Shown: piece by piece, positions 34,602 to 44,074 of the stretch
How positions within the stretch are numbered: the stretch's first letter is position 1
Layout of the letters: each line of letters starts with the position of its first letter
Origin: Methanosarcinaceae archaeon
Lineage (GTDB): Archaea > Halobacteriota > Methanosarcinia > Methanosarcinales > Methanosarcinaceae
DNA: 45,781 bases
Assembly: GCA_019429165.1 (NCBI GenBank)
Contig: JAHYJJ010000001.1
Span: 1-45,781 of the forward strand
Reading direction: 5' to 3'
Made by a program: the position numbers and the translations under genes
The notes under the pieces: model-generated
The model's input: the letters and a program-made list of their open reading frames with translations, nothing else
Told to the model about the DNA's origin: nothing
Databases searched by the model: none

Positions 34602-35696
34602 TTAAGCACACCCATATATCCTATAACAACGTGTTTCATCTACGATAATCATAGTAAGATATGATTTTATCATAAATTTATAGGAATCAGATGTTTTTGC
34701 TAATTCTTCAAATACAGCGTCTTGTAAAACTCTCATTTGAATGTTTGCACCACCCATACCAGAACTTGTATCTAGTATAAGCATTTCTCTACCAGAACCA
34801 GATGTTGGCATGAATAAATCTGGCATTATTGGTACACCCTCATAAAGAATGTTCTCAATACCAAAGTTTACTGTAGCTGTAGGTGCTGGGTATCTTAAGA
34901 CATCAAAGATAAGACCTTTAACATCAGATAGCGTTTTGTAATCAGTTACACAAATTGTTGGTCTTCCATAAGCTTCACGAATAGTTCTGAAAGCATCAGT
35001 TATATTCTGTAGACTTATTTTTGCACCAGATTTGTTTGTTGTGTTAGTTGTAATACCATTAATCAAACCAGTAAAACCTCGTACATCAGTTACACTACCA
35101 TCATAATCATCAACAGTTGGATTACCATTAATAATCAAATTCTCTTCAAGTTCTTTCAAAGCTTGATACTCAGAAGGAATCATTAAATTAAGTGCGTCTT
35201 TCCATTGCTGTGCAGATGCAACTTGCATTGGACCAGATACTTCACCAACTGCATAGATGTAACTCATCTTTTGTGCAGAACGTGCATATGTAGCCGTACT
35301 TGAATTTAAACCACCCATTTCACCATTAACAACTGCTGTTGCTGGTGCAGTCATAGTAATGTAATCAGCGAATAATCCTTTATTAGTCATTCTAGGAATT
35401 ATACCCGATGCTAAAGGAGTATCTCGTTTAGTCAAGTCATAAAGAACTGGGTCAACTATTGTTGGTAACAATACTGGTATACTACCACTTGTACCAGAAT
35501 ATGTTGTTCCAGTAGCCATCAAAGGACTTGATGTAGTAAGAGCAGATTTTATTTCTAGTCTCTTATCAATTTGTAAACTTTTAACTTCTGTTATTGGTGT
35601 GTGAAGATATACTGTCTTATCTGGTGTGTCACCAAATGAAGATGTATATGATACTTCTCCGTTAACGGAATTTATAGAATCTATACCTGTATTCAT
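34602..35696 (-). CDS. Major capsid protein, HK97 fold (unit B)
   Basis: ~364 aa, directly after the protease-scaffold gene. Typical MCP segments (IYAVGEVSGPMQVASAQQW, LEENLIINGNP, FTGLINGI). The ATG at 35696 is preferred over the track GTG at 35705. Confidence 0.8.
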   Translation of the reverse strand: MNTGIDSINSVNGEVSYTSSFGDTPDKTVYLHTPITEVKSLQIDKRLEIKSALTTSSPLMATGTTYSGTSGSIPVLLPTIVDPVLYDLTKRDTPLASGIIPRMTNKGLFADYITMTAPATAVVNGEMGGLNSSTATYARSAQKMSYIYAVGEVSGPMQVASAQQWKDALNLMIPSEYQALKELEENLIINGNPTVDDYDGSVTDVRGFTGLINGITTNTTNKSGAKISLQNITDAFRTIREAYGRPTICVTDYKTLSDVKGLIFDVLRYPAPTATVNFGIENILYEGVPIMPDLFMPTSGSGREMLILDTSSGMGGANIQMRVLQDAVFEELAKTSDSYKFMIKSYLTMIIVDETRCYRIYGCA

Positions 35697-35706
35697 AATA
35701 ATCACT

Positions 35707-36606
35707 CTATTTCATTTTTGCTTCAACTATCATATCAACAAAACTTTTTGGTTCAGATTTAACTTCAAGTTGTGGTGAAGCATCTACCAATGGTTTCTGT
35801 TTATCAACAGCTGATACTGCTTCTGCTATCATAGATTTAATTTCGTCTTTTGAAATTTTATCTTCTTTAACAGTAGTTTCAATCTTTGATTTTATCTCTG
35901 AAAGTTCTTTATCTTTAGAAGCTAGTTCTAATTTAAGAGTTTCAAGTTGTGATTTGATTTCGTCTAGATCAGAATCAGTCATAACTTCTGGAGTTTCAAC
36001 TGTAGGTTCTGGTGTGACGATACCATCATCTACAACACCGTTTTCGTCTTCGTTGGACATATCATCTACCTCAATTTTAGATTTCACAAAGAAATCTGTG
36101 ATTTTACAAGCTTCACATGCGGGTTTGCCAGTTAAAGCAACACCACCTAGTTGTATCTTGTTTAGTACTCTTATATTTTTACCATTTATGTTAGTGTTTA
36201 TGTATTCTTTAGGTTTAAATTCCATTGAAAATGCATCAATGAAACCATCTTGGATTGAACCCCAAAGATTTTTAAATTCAGTATGGTGTTTGTTTAATTG
36301 TACTCGTATAAATAAGTTTTTGGATTTTATCTCAGCACTAATGATTTTTGCTTTAGGAACTATTGTGTTATCGCCTTTGAAATATTGTTCGTGTTCTTCA
36401 TTACCTTTCAATGCACCGGAAAAGTTAGAATCTACATTCCTACCATTAATTTGCTGTGCCATATCTTGTATACATTCTTCAGTAACCATATCATTTACTG
36501 AATCTAGATAATTAGCAACTTCTAAAATACCTTCAACATAATGATTCCCATTATCGGATTTAAATTCAAATGTATTTGGATATACTTTGATTTTTTTGAA
36601 GTCCAT
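35707..36606 (-). CDS. Prohead protease fused to a coiled-coil scaffold region (unit B)
   Basis: N-terminal protease-like half, then an acidic heptad region (DLDEIKSQLETLKLELASKDKELSEIKSKIE). Lies between portal and MCP. Confidence 0.65.
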   Translation of the reverse strand: MDFKKIKVYPNTFEFKSDNGNHYVEGILEVANYLDSVNDMVTEECIQDMAQQINGRNVDSNFSGALKGNEEHEQYFKGDNTIVPKAKIISAEIKSKNLFIRVQLNKHHTEFKNLWGSIQDGFIDAFSMEFKPKEYINTNINGKNIRVLNKIQLGGVALTGKPACEACKITDFFVKSKIEVDDMSNEDENGVVDDGIVTPEPTVETPEVMTDSDLDEIKSQLETLKLELASKDKELSEIKSKIETTVKEDKISKDEIKSMIAEAVSAVDKQKPLVDASPQLEVKSEPKSFVDMIVEAKMK

Positions 36607-36652
36607 AGATTTATCACTTTTTATCTTACTATTATTAAAATTGAATTACTTA

Positions 36653-38200
36653 TTAAAAGTTATTCATATTTTTTGTTCGTTGTTTAACATATTCTTGAAA
36701 TGGACCGTCTGATTTGACTTGAACATTCTTATCTTGTTTAACTTTATCTTGTGCGAGTTTATCTGTACTTTCAGTTAGCATTTGATGATTATTAAGTTGA
36801 TTTTGACGATTTGTACTATTACCTTGCATTATAATTTTTTCTTTATGTTCTTCAACGTCAGTATCAATCAAACCCATTTCATGTAATAATTTATCTTTAG
36901 TAAGCCGTAAATCATATCGTGCAAGAATATCTTGGTTTTTAGTTAAAGTGTCAGCTCTCATCATAGCGATTTGAGTTTCTCGCACTTCATCTTGTTTATA
37001 CGTTCTATTAAATCGTAATGTGACTTTATACTCATCTAGTAACTGAGAATTTATCATATCCTCATAAATATTTTGAATATGTCCTACCTTCCTATAATAA
37101 CCTTCGGTTGATGTATTACTTCCAGTCACACCAGTACCGACCAATAAATCACTTAGACGTGAACTAGGAATACTCCAGACCATAACCATTAATTGAGTTA
37201 GATATCTAGCAAGTTCTCTGAACTCCATATCGTGGTCCATTTTATTTAGTTCTTTGACTTCAACTTTTCCAGTTAAAACTAGATTTTTATACTTATGAGT
37301 GATGTTAGCATATTGTTGAATAGCTTTCTTCATTTCCTTGTAATCGTTATCGGATGAGTTTGCATCTTCCATTATGAACATATAATTTGGTACGCCACCT
37401 TTCCTAAAATAATATCTGGTATAATCACGGATATCATCTAAAACGTCCATAATAGTTAAAAGAGATTGTGTTGGGGAATATCCATAGACTTTACCGTTAA
37501 TACGCATTAATCTAAAGTGAACTATCTGTTCTGGAGTGAACATAACACTCTCAGCACTATTCATTGGTCTCTGGATATAATGTTGTACGTCTCCATATTT
37601 ATTAGCAGTAATCTTTATTGTTGATGATGGAATATCAATAAACTGTCGTGTGGAAAATAGGTCTTCCTCAGTTGATTTTATAACTAGTTCGGTTAAATCC
37701 GAAATGGATTTCTGTTCATAACCATTATGACGTTTCTTAATAACCCTTGTTAGACTTTTACGGAAATCTGATTTTGTAAATGAATCTTTCCAAATATAAC
37801 CGTCCCCAGTTAAAAGTGTATCTATTAAAACTGAATGTAAGATTTCTTTAGCATGGTTATCACTTAGGAATTTCTCAGCACGTTGTACGTTATTACGACC
37901 ACCTTCAAGTCTCCAACCGTCACTTATAATGTCGTCAACGATTGCAGTTAAGATTGCTTGTAATTCTGGTGATGCCTTGAAATATGCCCAAAGAGTATCG
38001 TAATCAACTTCGGGGCCTCTACCGTATGGTGTAGCTATGACTGGTGACGGATTTTCGTTTGATAACGGAAAAGAATTAGAAACGGATTTTATTTCTGTTG
38101 TATTGCTTATTAACACGTTATCATTAAATGATTTCAAACTATTAGTAAATGAATCATATACTTTTCTCAAATAAGGATTATTATTGCTATTCATAACCAT
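36653..38200 (-). CDS. Portal protein (unit B)
   Basis: 515 aa. The segment GYSPTQSLLTIMDVLDDIRDYTRYYFRKGGVPNYMFIM parallels the unit A portal. Sits in the canonical position. Confidence 0.75.
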   Translation of the reverse strand: MVMNSNNNPYLRKVYDSFTNSLKSFNDNVLISNTTEIKSVSNSFPLSNENPSPVIATPYGRGPEVDYDTLWAYFKASPELQAILTAIVDDIISDGWRLEGGRNNVQRAEKFLSDNHAKEILHSVLIDTLLTGDGYIWKDSFTKSDFRKSLTRVIKKRHNGYEQKSISDLTELVIKSTEEDLFSTRQFIDIPSSTIKITANKYGDVQHYIQRPMNSAESVMFTPEQIVHFRLMRINGKVYGYSPTQSLLTIMDVLDDIRDYTRYYFRKGGVPNYMFIMEDANSSDNDYKEMKKAIQQYANITHKYKNLVLTGKVEVKELNKMDHDMEFRELARYLTQLMVMVWSIPSSRLSDLLVGTGVTGSNTSTEGYYRKVGHIQNIYEDMINSQLLDEYKVTLRFNRTYKQDEVRETQIAMMRADTLTKNQDILARYDLRLTKDKLLHEMGLIDTDVEEHKEKIIMQGNSTNRQNQLNNHQMLTESTDKLAQDKVKQDKNVQVKSDGPFQEYVKQRTKNMNNF

Positions 38201-38234
38201 ACGCCTATTATTATATCATTTTGCTTATTATAAG

Positions 38235-38549
38235 TTATTGAAAATGTATGAAACCACATCTTTCACATTTCAATCGTTTACGGTCTTTTAAATCGTTACG
38301 CTTTAGATTTTTTATTCTTACGACACCACACGAATCACATTGAATTTTTCCAGAGACTAACGTTACGTCCTTTTTACCGTTATCCCAACCCCAACTACGT
38401 TTCATTAAACCATTACAGGGTATGTAGTTTTTACAAGCATTACAATTTAATAACGCATCTTCAACGGTTAAAATCTTAGTATGCTTAAAAATACATAACT
38501 TTTCACCGTTTGCCCGATTAATACAATTTTTACAACCTATAAGTACCAC
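38235..38549 (-). CDS. Multi-CxxC zinc-ribbon protein
   Basis: Four CxxC pairs (CKNC, CNAC, CDSC, CERC). GTG start right after an in-frame stop; start uncertain. No clear HNH motif. Confidence 0.45.
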   Translation of the reverse strand: MVLIGCKNCINRANGEKLCIFKHTKILTVEDALLNCNACKNYIPCNGLMKRSWGWDNGKKDVTLVSGKIQCDSCGVVRIKNLKRNDLKDRKRLKCERCGFIHFQ

Positions 38550-38554
38550 CTAAA

Positions 38555-38629
38555 TAACGTGATGTGGGTTTGAACCACAGAACTTCGGATTATGAGTCCG
38601 ATGAAATAACCAAGCTATTCTATCATGTT
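38555..38629 (-). tRNA. tRNA-Met (anticodon CAT; could equally be a CAT-type tRNA-Ile2)
   Basis: Folded by hand. Acceptor AACATGA/TCACGTT (one A-C mismatch). Anticodon stem TCGGA/TCCGA with loop CTCATAA. T arm TGTGG-TTCAAAC-CCACA. The D stem is weak (3 of 4 pairs). No encoded CCA. Not initiator-like. Confidence 0.7.
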
Positions 38630-40105
38630 TTAACACACATCAAAACTATATGAACTCTTTTTTGAATATGACGCCTCTAAAGCCATACCAAGACTCATTA
38701 CACAATCATCTTTATTACCGACACCCTCATAAGTCTCTTTCAATACCCTACCCATTAAATCCTTACGAACAACTTTTGAGAAACTGCGGAGTTCATTTAT
38801 CAATATCTCGTTATCCAATAAAATTAAAGTTCCAGTACTTAACGCAGACTGGATATTAGCTATTAATAGTTCTTTATTTGCTTGGGTTGTAATAAATCCT
38901 TTCATTACACTTTTTGTCTCTTGCATTTCCGTTAACGTTCTAACTAGACCTTTACTGAGTCCGTTCTCTTCAATTACAATCTGACGGAAGTTAAATATCT
39001 TATGAAGCTTAACAATACGTTCAATCTGTCTTTCAGTCTTCATTCCTTGATATCGTTCCAGTTTGACTATATATTGTGTTCCTTCAGGATTTACACCAAT
39101 TATCGTGTATACTGAGAAATCTGCTTTAGATTGGTCTGCAAGTGCGATATCACCACCCATATAATAAATCCAACCATCTCTAGGTTTATTTTGTATCTCA
39201 ACGTGACGATTCTCTAACAAGTTCTCAGTAAAGATACTAGAACCACCAGCCAGCGGATTACACATATATTCCCTATCAAAACGTAAGCCACCCATTAATG
39301 CACGAGTAGCTTTCAAGTTATCTAGAGACCCAAATTGTGGGTGGTCTTTCCATAACGGTGCTATCCATTTACCGTTTTTATCCGTTATAGCCGCTTGCCA
39401 TCGTCCACCGACCGGAGTAAGTCGTGCTTTTTTTAGGACTTCTTTAATTTCCTTTGAAGGGTATTGTAAATCGTTAAGTAAGTCATCTGTAGTCATCGGT
39501 GTACCTACAAGGACTATCTGACCTCTACCCATGTCACTCGCCGGGAAAATAACGTTCCAGAATAAATCTTTTACTTGGTCTTGCGTATATTTCTCGTCTC
39601 TAAGAATATCATCACAAATTGTGAAATTAGGACGTACACCACGACTTGTAGGTTTTAATGGTTTTACGAATGCCATATTACCAGTCACGGTTTCTAACTG
39701 TCTCGTGTTCCATTTCATATCCGTTCCCTCTGGACGGAGGTTTTTAAAAAAGGGGTTATTCATTATGATGTCGTGGACTTGTTTTAAGTTACTCTCAGTC
39801 TGTTCACGACTTGCACTAAACATTGCTATCTTACATTTCTTCTCACGCCAGAGTCGCCAGAGAACGTAACCAACTGAAACGTTTGTGGTTTTACCGAAAC
39901 CACGAGGTAAGATTAAATAAACGATTTGACCAGAGAAAAGGTAATTAGTCATGTCAACGTGGAATGGTGCGAACTTAATATCAAAAACGCCTTCAATGAA
40001 AACTTGAAGACTAAAATATGCTTTCTGACGAAATAATGCCTCATCAATCGGTGTTGCAAAGTTCATCATTTTTTCCCAACACCATGTATCGTAACTGAGT
40101 ATCAT
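38630..40105 (-). CDS. terL: Terminase large subunit (unit B)
   Basis: Walker A LPRGFGKTT, Walker B FTICDDILRDE, nuclease-domain motifs GGDIALADQSKADFSV and IEENG. Confidence 0.85.
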   Translation of the reverse strand: MILSYDTWCWEKMMNFATPIDEALFRQKAYFSLQVFIEGVFDIKFAPFHVDMTNYLFSGQIVYLILPRGFGKTTNVSVGYVLWRLWREKKCKIAMFSASREQTESNLKQVHDIIMNNPFFKNLRPEGTDMKWNTRQLETVTGNMAFVKPLKPTSRGVRPNFTICDDILRDEKYTQDQVKDLFWNVIFPASDMGRGQIVLVGTPMTTDDLLNDLQYPSKEIKEVLKKARLTPVGGRWQAAITDKNGKWIAPLWKDHPQFGSLDNLKATRALMGGLRFDREYMCNPLAGGSSIFTENLLENRHVEIQNKPRDGWIYYMGGDIALADQSKADFSVYTIIGVNPEGTQYIVKLERYQGMKTERQIERIVKLHKIFNFRQIVIEENGLSKGLVRTLTEMQETKSVMKGFITTQANKELLIANIQSALSTGTLILLDNEILINELRSFSKVVRKDLMGRVLKETYEGVGNKDDCVMSLGMALEASYSKKSSYSFDVC

Positions 40106-40685
40106 TTATCGTTATCTTCTTTTCATGAACTAAATCCTCTAGGAATTTCTGTGAAGCAACATTGAACTCGCTAGTCATCATAATAGAACGCATGTCATAA
40201 GTGATACTGACAGCACTTTTTAACATATCAAGCTTTTCCATAGCAGTTCGTAACTGACTATGGAACTCTCGTATAGAAATCATTAATTCTCGTGAATATG
40301 TGTCGGGGTCGGCATAGTACCGTTCAATTAACTTTCGGTTGATGCCGTGCAACCATTCAAACTCTTCGGCAACACGATTACTGGAATCTAGGATAGTTTG
40401 GACTTGTTCTTGTTGCTGGGTTGTAGTCTTTGAGATTTTATGGATATTCTTTTTCCATGTACCTAAAGTGACAAGGGTTGGGATTTTCTCAAAACCATCT
40501 TTTCGCAAAGCGTTACGGATGTACGCAGCTTTATGACCTTCAGCGATATATTTTAAAGAACGCATTTTAATGTCGTTAGAATAAGGTTCAAAAACCGTTG
40601 CATACTTGGAATCTTTAAGACGGACTTTATCTGATTTTTCTTGTCGGATTCTGGCAGCTTCAGTATTATCAGAAACTTCTACCAT
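40044..40685 (-). CDS. terS: Terminase small subunit candidate (by position)
   Basis: 213 aa, first gene of the minus-strand operon, overlaps TerL. No SD. TTTATAAA begins 30 nt upstream of the ATG. Confidence 0.4.
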   Translation of the reverse strand: MVEVSDNTEAARIRQEKSDKVRLKDSKYATVFEPYSNDIKMRSLKYIAEGHKAAYIRNALRKDGFEKIPTLVTLGTWKKNIHKISKTTTQQQEQVQTILDSSNRVAEEFEWLHGINRKLIERYYADPDTYSRELMISIREFHSQLRTAMEKLDMLKSAVSITYDMRSIMMTSEFNVASQKFLEDLVHEKKITINDTQLRYMVLGKNDELCNTD

Positions 40686-40767
40686 AAATGGATTTATGTT
40701 TTCTTACTTTATAAATCTTTTGATGTTACAAGGTAGGGCTAACATATTCCCGACGTTAGGAAAACGA

Positions 40768-40905
40768 TTATAAGAACGTTTTATAATTCTCGCCACAACG
40801 AAGACAACCACAAGAACCAGTACAAGTCGGTCCAACACAGTCTTCGTTCAAGTGACAAGTACAATTACTAGTCGCTATTACTTTCTCGGGAATGTCGTCT
40901 GGCAT
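40768..40905 (-). CDS. Small Cys-rich protein (45 aa)
   Basis: My own translation: MPDDIPEKVIATSNCTCHLNEDCVGPTCTGSCGCLRCGENYKTFL (8 Cys). AAGGTGA lies 6 nt upstream of the ATG. Confidence 0.4.
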   Translation of the reverse strand: MPDDIPEKVIATSNCTCHLNEDCVGPTCTGSCGCLRCGENYKTFL

Positions 40906-42125
40906 AATGTGTCACCTTGTTTCCTATCTACAAGTTGGTACTTTAACTCAAACAACAACAAACTCAAACAAAAGAGGAAGATTATAGTAAAGAGGAGTTC
41001 TAGTATCATACAAGTCGCCTGTGATTAGGACCTTGGAGTGATGTGTTCACACCCCTACAGTCTTACGAACAACCCTCAAAGACCAGAGGTATCGTCAAAA
41101 AGATATTACATTTTTCAATTATTAAAAGTTTCGGTGTTATTTAGATATCGTTGCATATACTTTTAAATAGATGAAAATGTATTAAATTAAGTGGTAGGAT
41201 ACGCTTTAATACCTTTTTCTTATCCTACCAACCCCCTATTTATACACAGTTGTCACTTTTAAAACGGACAACTTAGGTCGGAAAATTGCCGATAACGAAA
41301 ATGCATAAAAACCTCGGGGAAATTAAAGTACAAAAAAATCTGAAAAAAAACGAAACGATATCGGGGGGGTGTCATCAATATTCAGTAAAAATGGCGAGAA
41401 AATTATTTGGATACCTATTATACCCCCTACCCTTAAAGTTAGGCACTATACCCCCCCCTTGTTACTACTATATAATGACATATGCATATCTCACTATATT
41501 AATATATAAGTATAAAACTATAAAACTAGTACAATAGTGAAACAAGACCGATAACTATATAAAGCAGCCTGAACAATATATATTATAAACCAATAGGGGT
41601 TTATGAGGGGGTTAGAGTCATACAGTACTAGCTAAGGCTATGATGTACTTTATTATGGCTCCGCTCGTGGTAGGCAGTTGACGTAAACAGCGTCAGCTCA
41701 CAACATCGTATAGCACGGTGAACTTTAGGGATTGACTATTTTGACAAACATATGTATATAAATGGAACGCGGAAGCCTACTCCGTATCGTTACTGTCAAG
41801 TATGTTATGATGTCATAGGTCGGCTCGTCATTATCCTTAGATACAAGTATTTAAGGGGGTTTTGGGGGGGGTTAATACCCCCCTTTATATTTAGATAGCT
41901 CAGAGTGGTATACTGCTCTGAGTCTACATATAACACGTTTTTTATTAAGGGTTTAATATCCCCTCTATAAAGCGTGTGATTTTGAAAAGTAATTTTATAA
42001 GATTTATAATTACTTTGAAAGGTCTTGTATGTATTATCAAGGCGTATTTGTTTTATAATACCCTTGTGAAATTAGATAAATATAAATTCTAGTCTTTAAT
42101 AGACTAGTTAAAGGAGGAGATAAAA
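40906..42125. promoter_or_regulatory. Long non-coding divergent control region of unit B
   Basis: No credible ORF. Dyads at 41192-41230 (10-bp arms) and 41248-41273 (7-bp arms). G7 at 41364-41370, C8 at 41451-41458, G8-TTAATA-C6 at 41864-41883. Hairpin ctcagag-N10-ctctgag at about 41899-41922. Confidence 0.5.
42089..42107. promoter_or_regulatory. Perfect dyad ctagtct-ttaat-agactag abutting the SD of the first early gene
   Basis: Read directly. It ends 5 nt before AAGGAGGAG of 42126-42470. Confidence 0.45.
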
Positions 42126-42470
42126 ATGAATAATAAAAATCTAAAAATTAGAAATATGACCCCTCACGATGTGGGGGTTATAGATAAAACGACTAATAAA
42201 GTCGTTATAAACTACCTTTCAGAAGGTAGCATAAGGCTAACTGAAGAGAGAGAGTTTTTATATACTGTAAACGGCGTATCTGTTTATAGCAAAACTTTCG
42301 GGAGTGCTGAAATTCCCGAAAAAGTTAAAGATACGATGTATATCGTGTCTTTGGCGGTCGGGCAGGCCTATCCTGAGCGTACAGATTTCTTAATTCCGGA
42401 CCAATTGGTTCGGGATGAAAAAGGGGTAGTCTTAGGATGCACCTCTTTTACGGTTTTTAGTAATTACTGA
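42126..42470 (+). CDS. Conserved protein of unknown function; paralogue of 7487-7858
   Basis: Strong SD AAAGGAGGAG. About 75% aa identity with the unit A copy. Confidence 0.7.
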   Translation: MNNKNLKIRNMTPHDVGVIDKTTNKVVINYLSEGSIRLTEEREFLYTVNGVSVYSKTFGSAEIPEKVKDTMYIVSLAVGQAYPERTDFLIPDQLVRDEKGVVLGCTSFTVFSNY

Positions 42471-42486
42471 AATAGAGGTGTTTAAA

Positions 42487-42660
42487 ATGGAAAGTATTTT
42501 AAAAAAAATTATCAAAATTGGAAGGTCAAAAGGGATAATTATCCCTTTTCATCTATTCAATTCTTATAAAAATATAAAGCCCTCTGATTATGTAACGGTC
42601 ACATATATCGGCACAACGGGCGATATTGTTATATCTCGGCTTGAGATAGAACAAAATTAA
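42487..42660 (+). CDS. AbrB/SpoVT-like DNA-binding protein candidate
   Basis: KIIKIGRSKGIIIPFHLF...PSDYVTVTYIGTTGDIVISRLE fits the looped-hinge-helix pattern (G-S-xG-hhIP...Gd-V). The ATG at 42487 follows AGAGGTG. Confidence 0.5.
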   Translation: MESILKKIIKIGRSKGIIIPFHLFNSYKNIKPSDYVTVTYIGTTGDIVISRLEIEQN

Positions 42661-42667
42661 GAAAAAA

Positions 42668-42913
42668 ATGGGAAAAAAACTTTATTTAATTAAGAAAGAT
42701 GGAAGAAAAATAACAATAATTCCGTCCGGATGGATTGATTCGGATGGTGATTATTGTCAGGATATCCGAAGAAATCCGACCACAAAACGGTTTGAATATT
42801 TTAGTTATTTTACAGGTTTTGAGAAATATGCTGAATATCTGAATCTGGTATATGGTAAAACCGTAAAAGAGGTCATAGAAGACCTGGAAGAAAGATGTGG
42901 TTATATAGAGTAA
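42668..42913 (+). CDS. Hypothetical protein
   Basis: 81-aa ORF in the operon. No motif. Confidence 0.5.
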   Translation: MGKKLYLIKKDGRKITIIPSGWIDSDGDYCQDIRRNPTTKRFEYFSYFTGFEKYAEYLNLVYGKTVKEVIEDLEERCGYIE

Positions 42914-42957
42914 GAACATAACTTTGAAAGTTGATTATATAATAAAAGGTAAGAGAA

Positions 42958-43395
42958 ATGAAAACGATTATTAAAAAGACTGAAACAATAAATATGAAAA
43001 TATCACGGTGTCCTATTGGACTAGAGATATACATAAAAAGTCCTGTTATAGAGGACTTTTTTAAAGGTTTGGCTCAGGGTGTGGTATCCACATCAACCGA
43101 AAGTAATTGGTTACCCCATAAGGGCTATACCCCTCAGGGCAATATAGAACATATTGCCAATACCCATTTTGATAATTGGGGGGGTTCTTTAGTTCAGAAG
43201 GGATATTATAATTTGTCTATGCTCCGGACTGTTGGCTTGAGTAAAGGACAAACCTTTAGATTCAAGGGAGTGTTTTCTAAAAACATGATAGAAAACATTG
43301 CAACAGAATTTAAAACCGTCTTAATTACGCTCATAAAAAATTATGTTAAACCTATGGAAGTAACCATTAAGGTTTATAGTAATGAAATAATTTAA
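42958..43395 (+). CDS. Hypothetical protein immediately upstream of the amidoligase
   Basis: 145-aa ORF. No motif. Confidence 0.5.
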   Translation: MKTIIKKTETINMKISRCPIGLEIYIKSPVIEDFFKGLAQGVVSTSTESNWLPHKGYTPQGNIEHIANTHFDNWGGSLVQKGYYNLSMLRTVGLSKGQTFRFKGVFSKNMIENIATEFKTVLITLIKNYVKPMEVTIKVYSNEII

Positions 43396-43404
43396 GGTGT
43401 TTAA

Positions 43405-44058
43405 ATGGGATATAAATATATAAATAAAATAGGTATAGAAATAGAGGGAGGTTGGATACACTCCTTTATTTTAAAATATCTAAAAGGAGATGGTTCCGTA
43501 CATATCAATAATATGAGATGTTATGATGACGACGATGATGAGGATGAGGATTATAATGAACCCTATGGGTATTCCGGCGAAGTTTGTAGTGAACCTATAA
43601 ATATTCAGGAGGGTATTGAATATATAAATAACTATTATCCCGATGAGTTTAATGAAACTTGTGGGATTCATTTCCATATATCATTTAAAAACAATAAATA
43701 CGCCTCTATATTAACAGATAAACGGTTTTATGAGATGTTTATTAAAGACTTTACTGTTTGGGGATTAAAACAGAAAATAGATTCTAGTTCTTTATTCTGG
43801 ACCCGTTTAAACGGGAAAAATCAATTCTGTAAAAATATATTTAATCCGGACGGTCAGATATTACAAAACGATAGTAGATATACACAAATAAACTTTTGCT
43901 CATTAAAAAAACATAACACAGTTGAATTTAGAGTATTTCCGGTATTTGATAAAAAGCATCAAACTGTAAGTGCTTTAAAAAAATTAGTATCTATAATTAA
44001 TAAATTTATCGATAAATGTAACAAAGAGTATTCTGAAAAAATAACAATTAACATATAA
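43405..44058 (+). CDS. Amidoligase (glutamine-synthetase-like COOH-NH2 ligase, Amidoligase_2-type)
   Basis: Ordered motifs IGIEIEGGW, GDGSVHI, GEVCSEPI, CGIHFHISF, SRYTQINF and NTVEFRVFP match the conserved signature of this family as I remember it. Confidence 0.7.
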   Translation: MGYKYINKIGIEIEGGWIHSFILKYLKGDGSVHINNMRCYDDDDDEDEDYNEPYGYSGEVCSEPINIQEGIEYINNYYPDEFNETCGIHFHISFKNNKYASILTDKRFYEMFIKDFTVWGLKQKIDSSSLFWTRLNGKNQFCKNIFNPDGQILQNDSRYTQINFCSLKKHNTVEFRVFPVFDKKHQTVSALKKLVSIINKFIDKCNKEYSEKITINI

Positions 44059-44074
44059 GGGGGAGTGGATAATT

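Noticed and set aside
38555-38629. tRNA as a prophage attachment site or unit boundary
   Set aside because: It is flanked within 1-5 nt by virus late genes of the same operon on both sides. No integrase or duplicated tRNA 3' fragment was seen.
41286-41537. 83-aa plus-strand ORF in the unit B control region
   Set aside because: It has no SD, spans homopolymer runs (G7, C8) and AT-rich repeats, and has implausible composition. The region is better read as non-coding.
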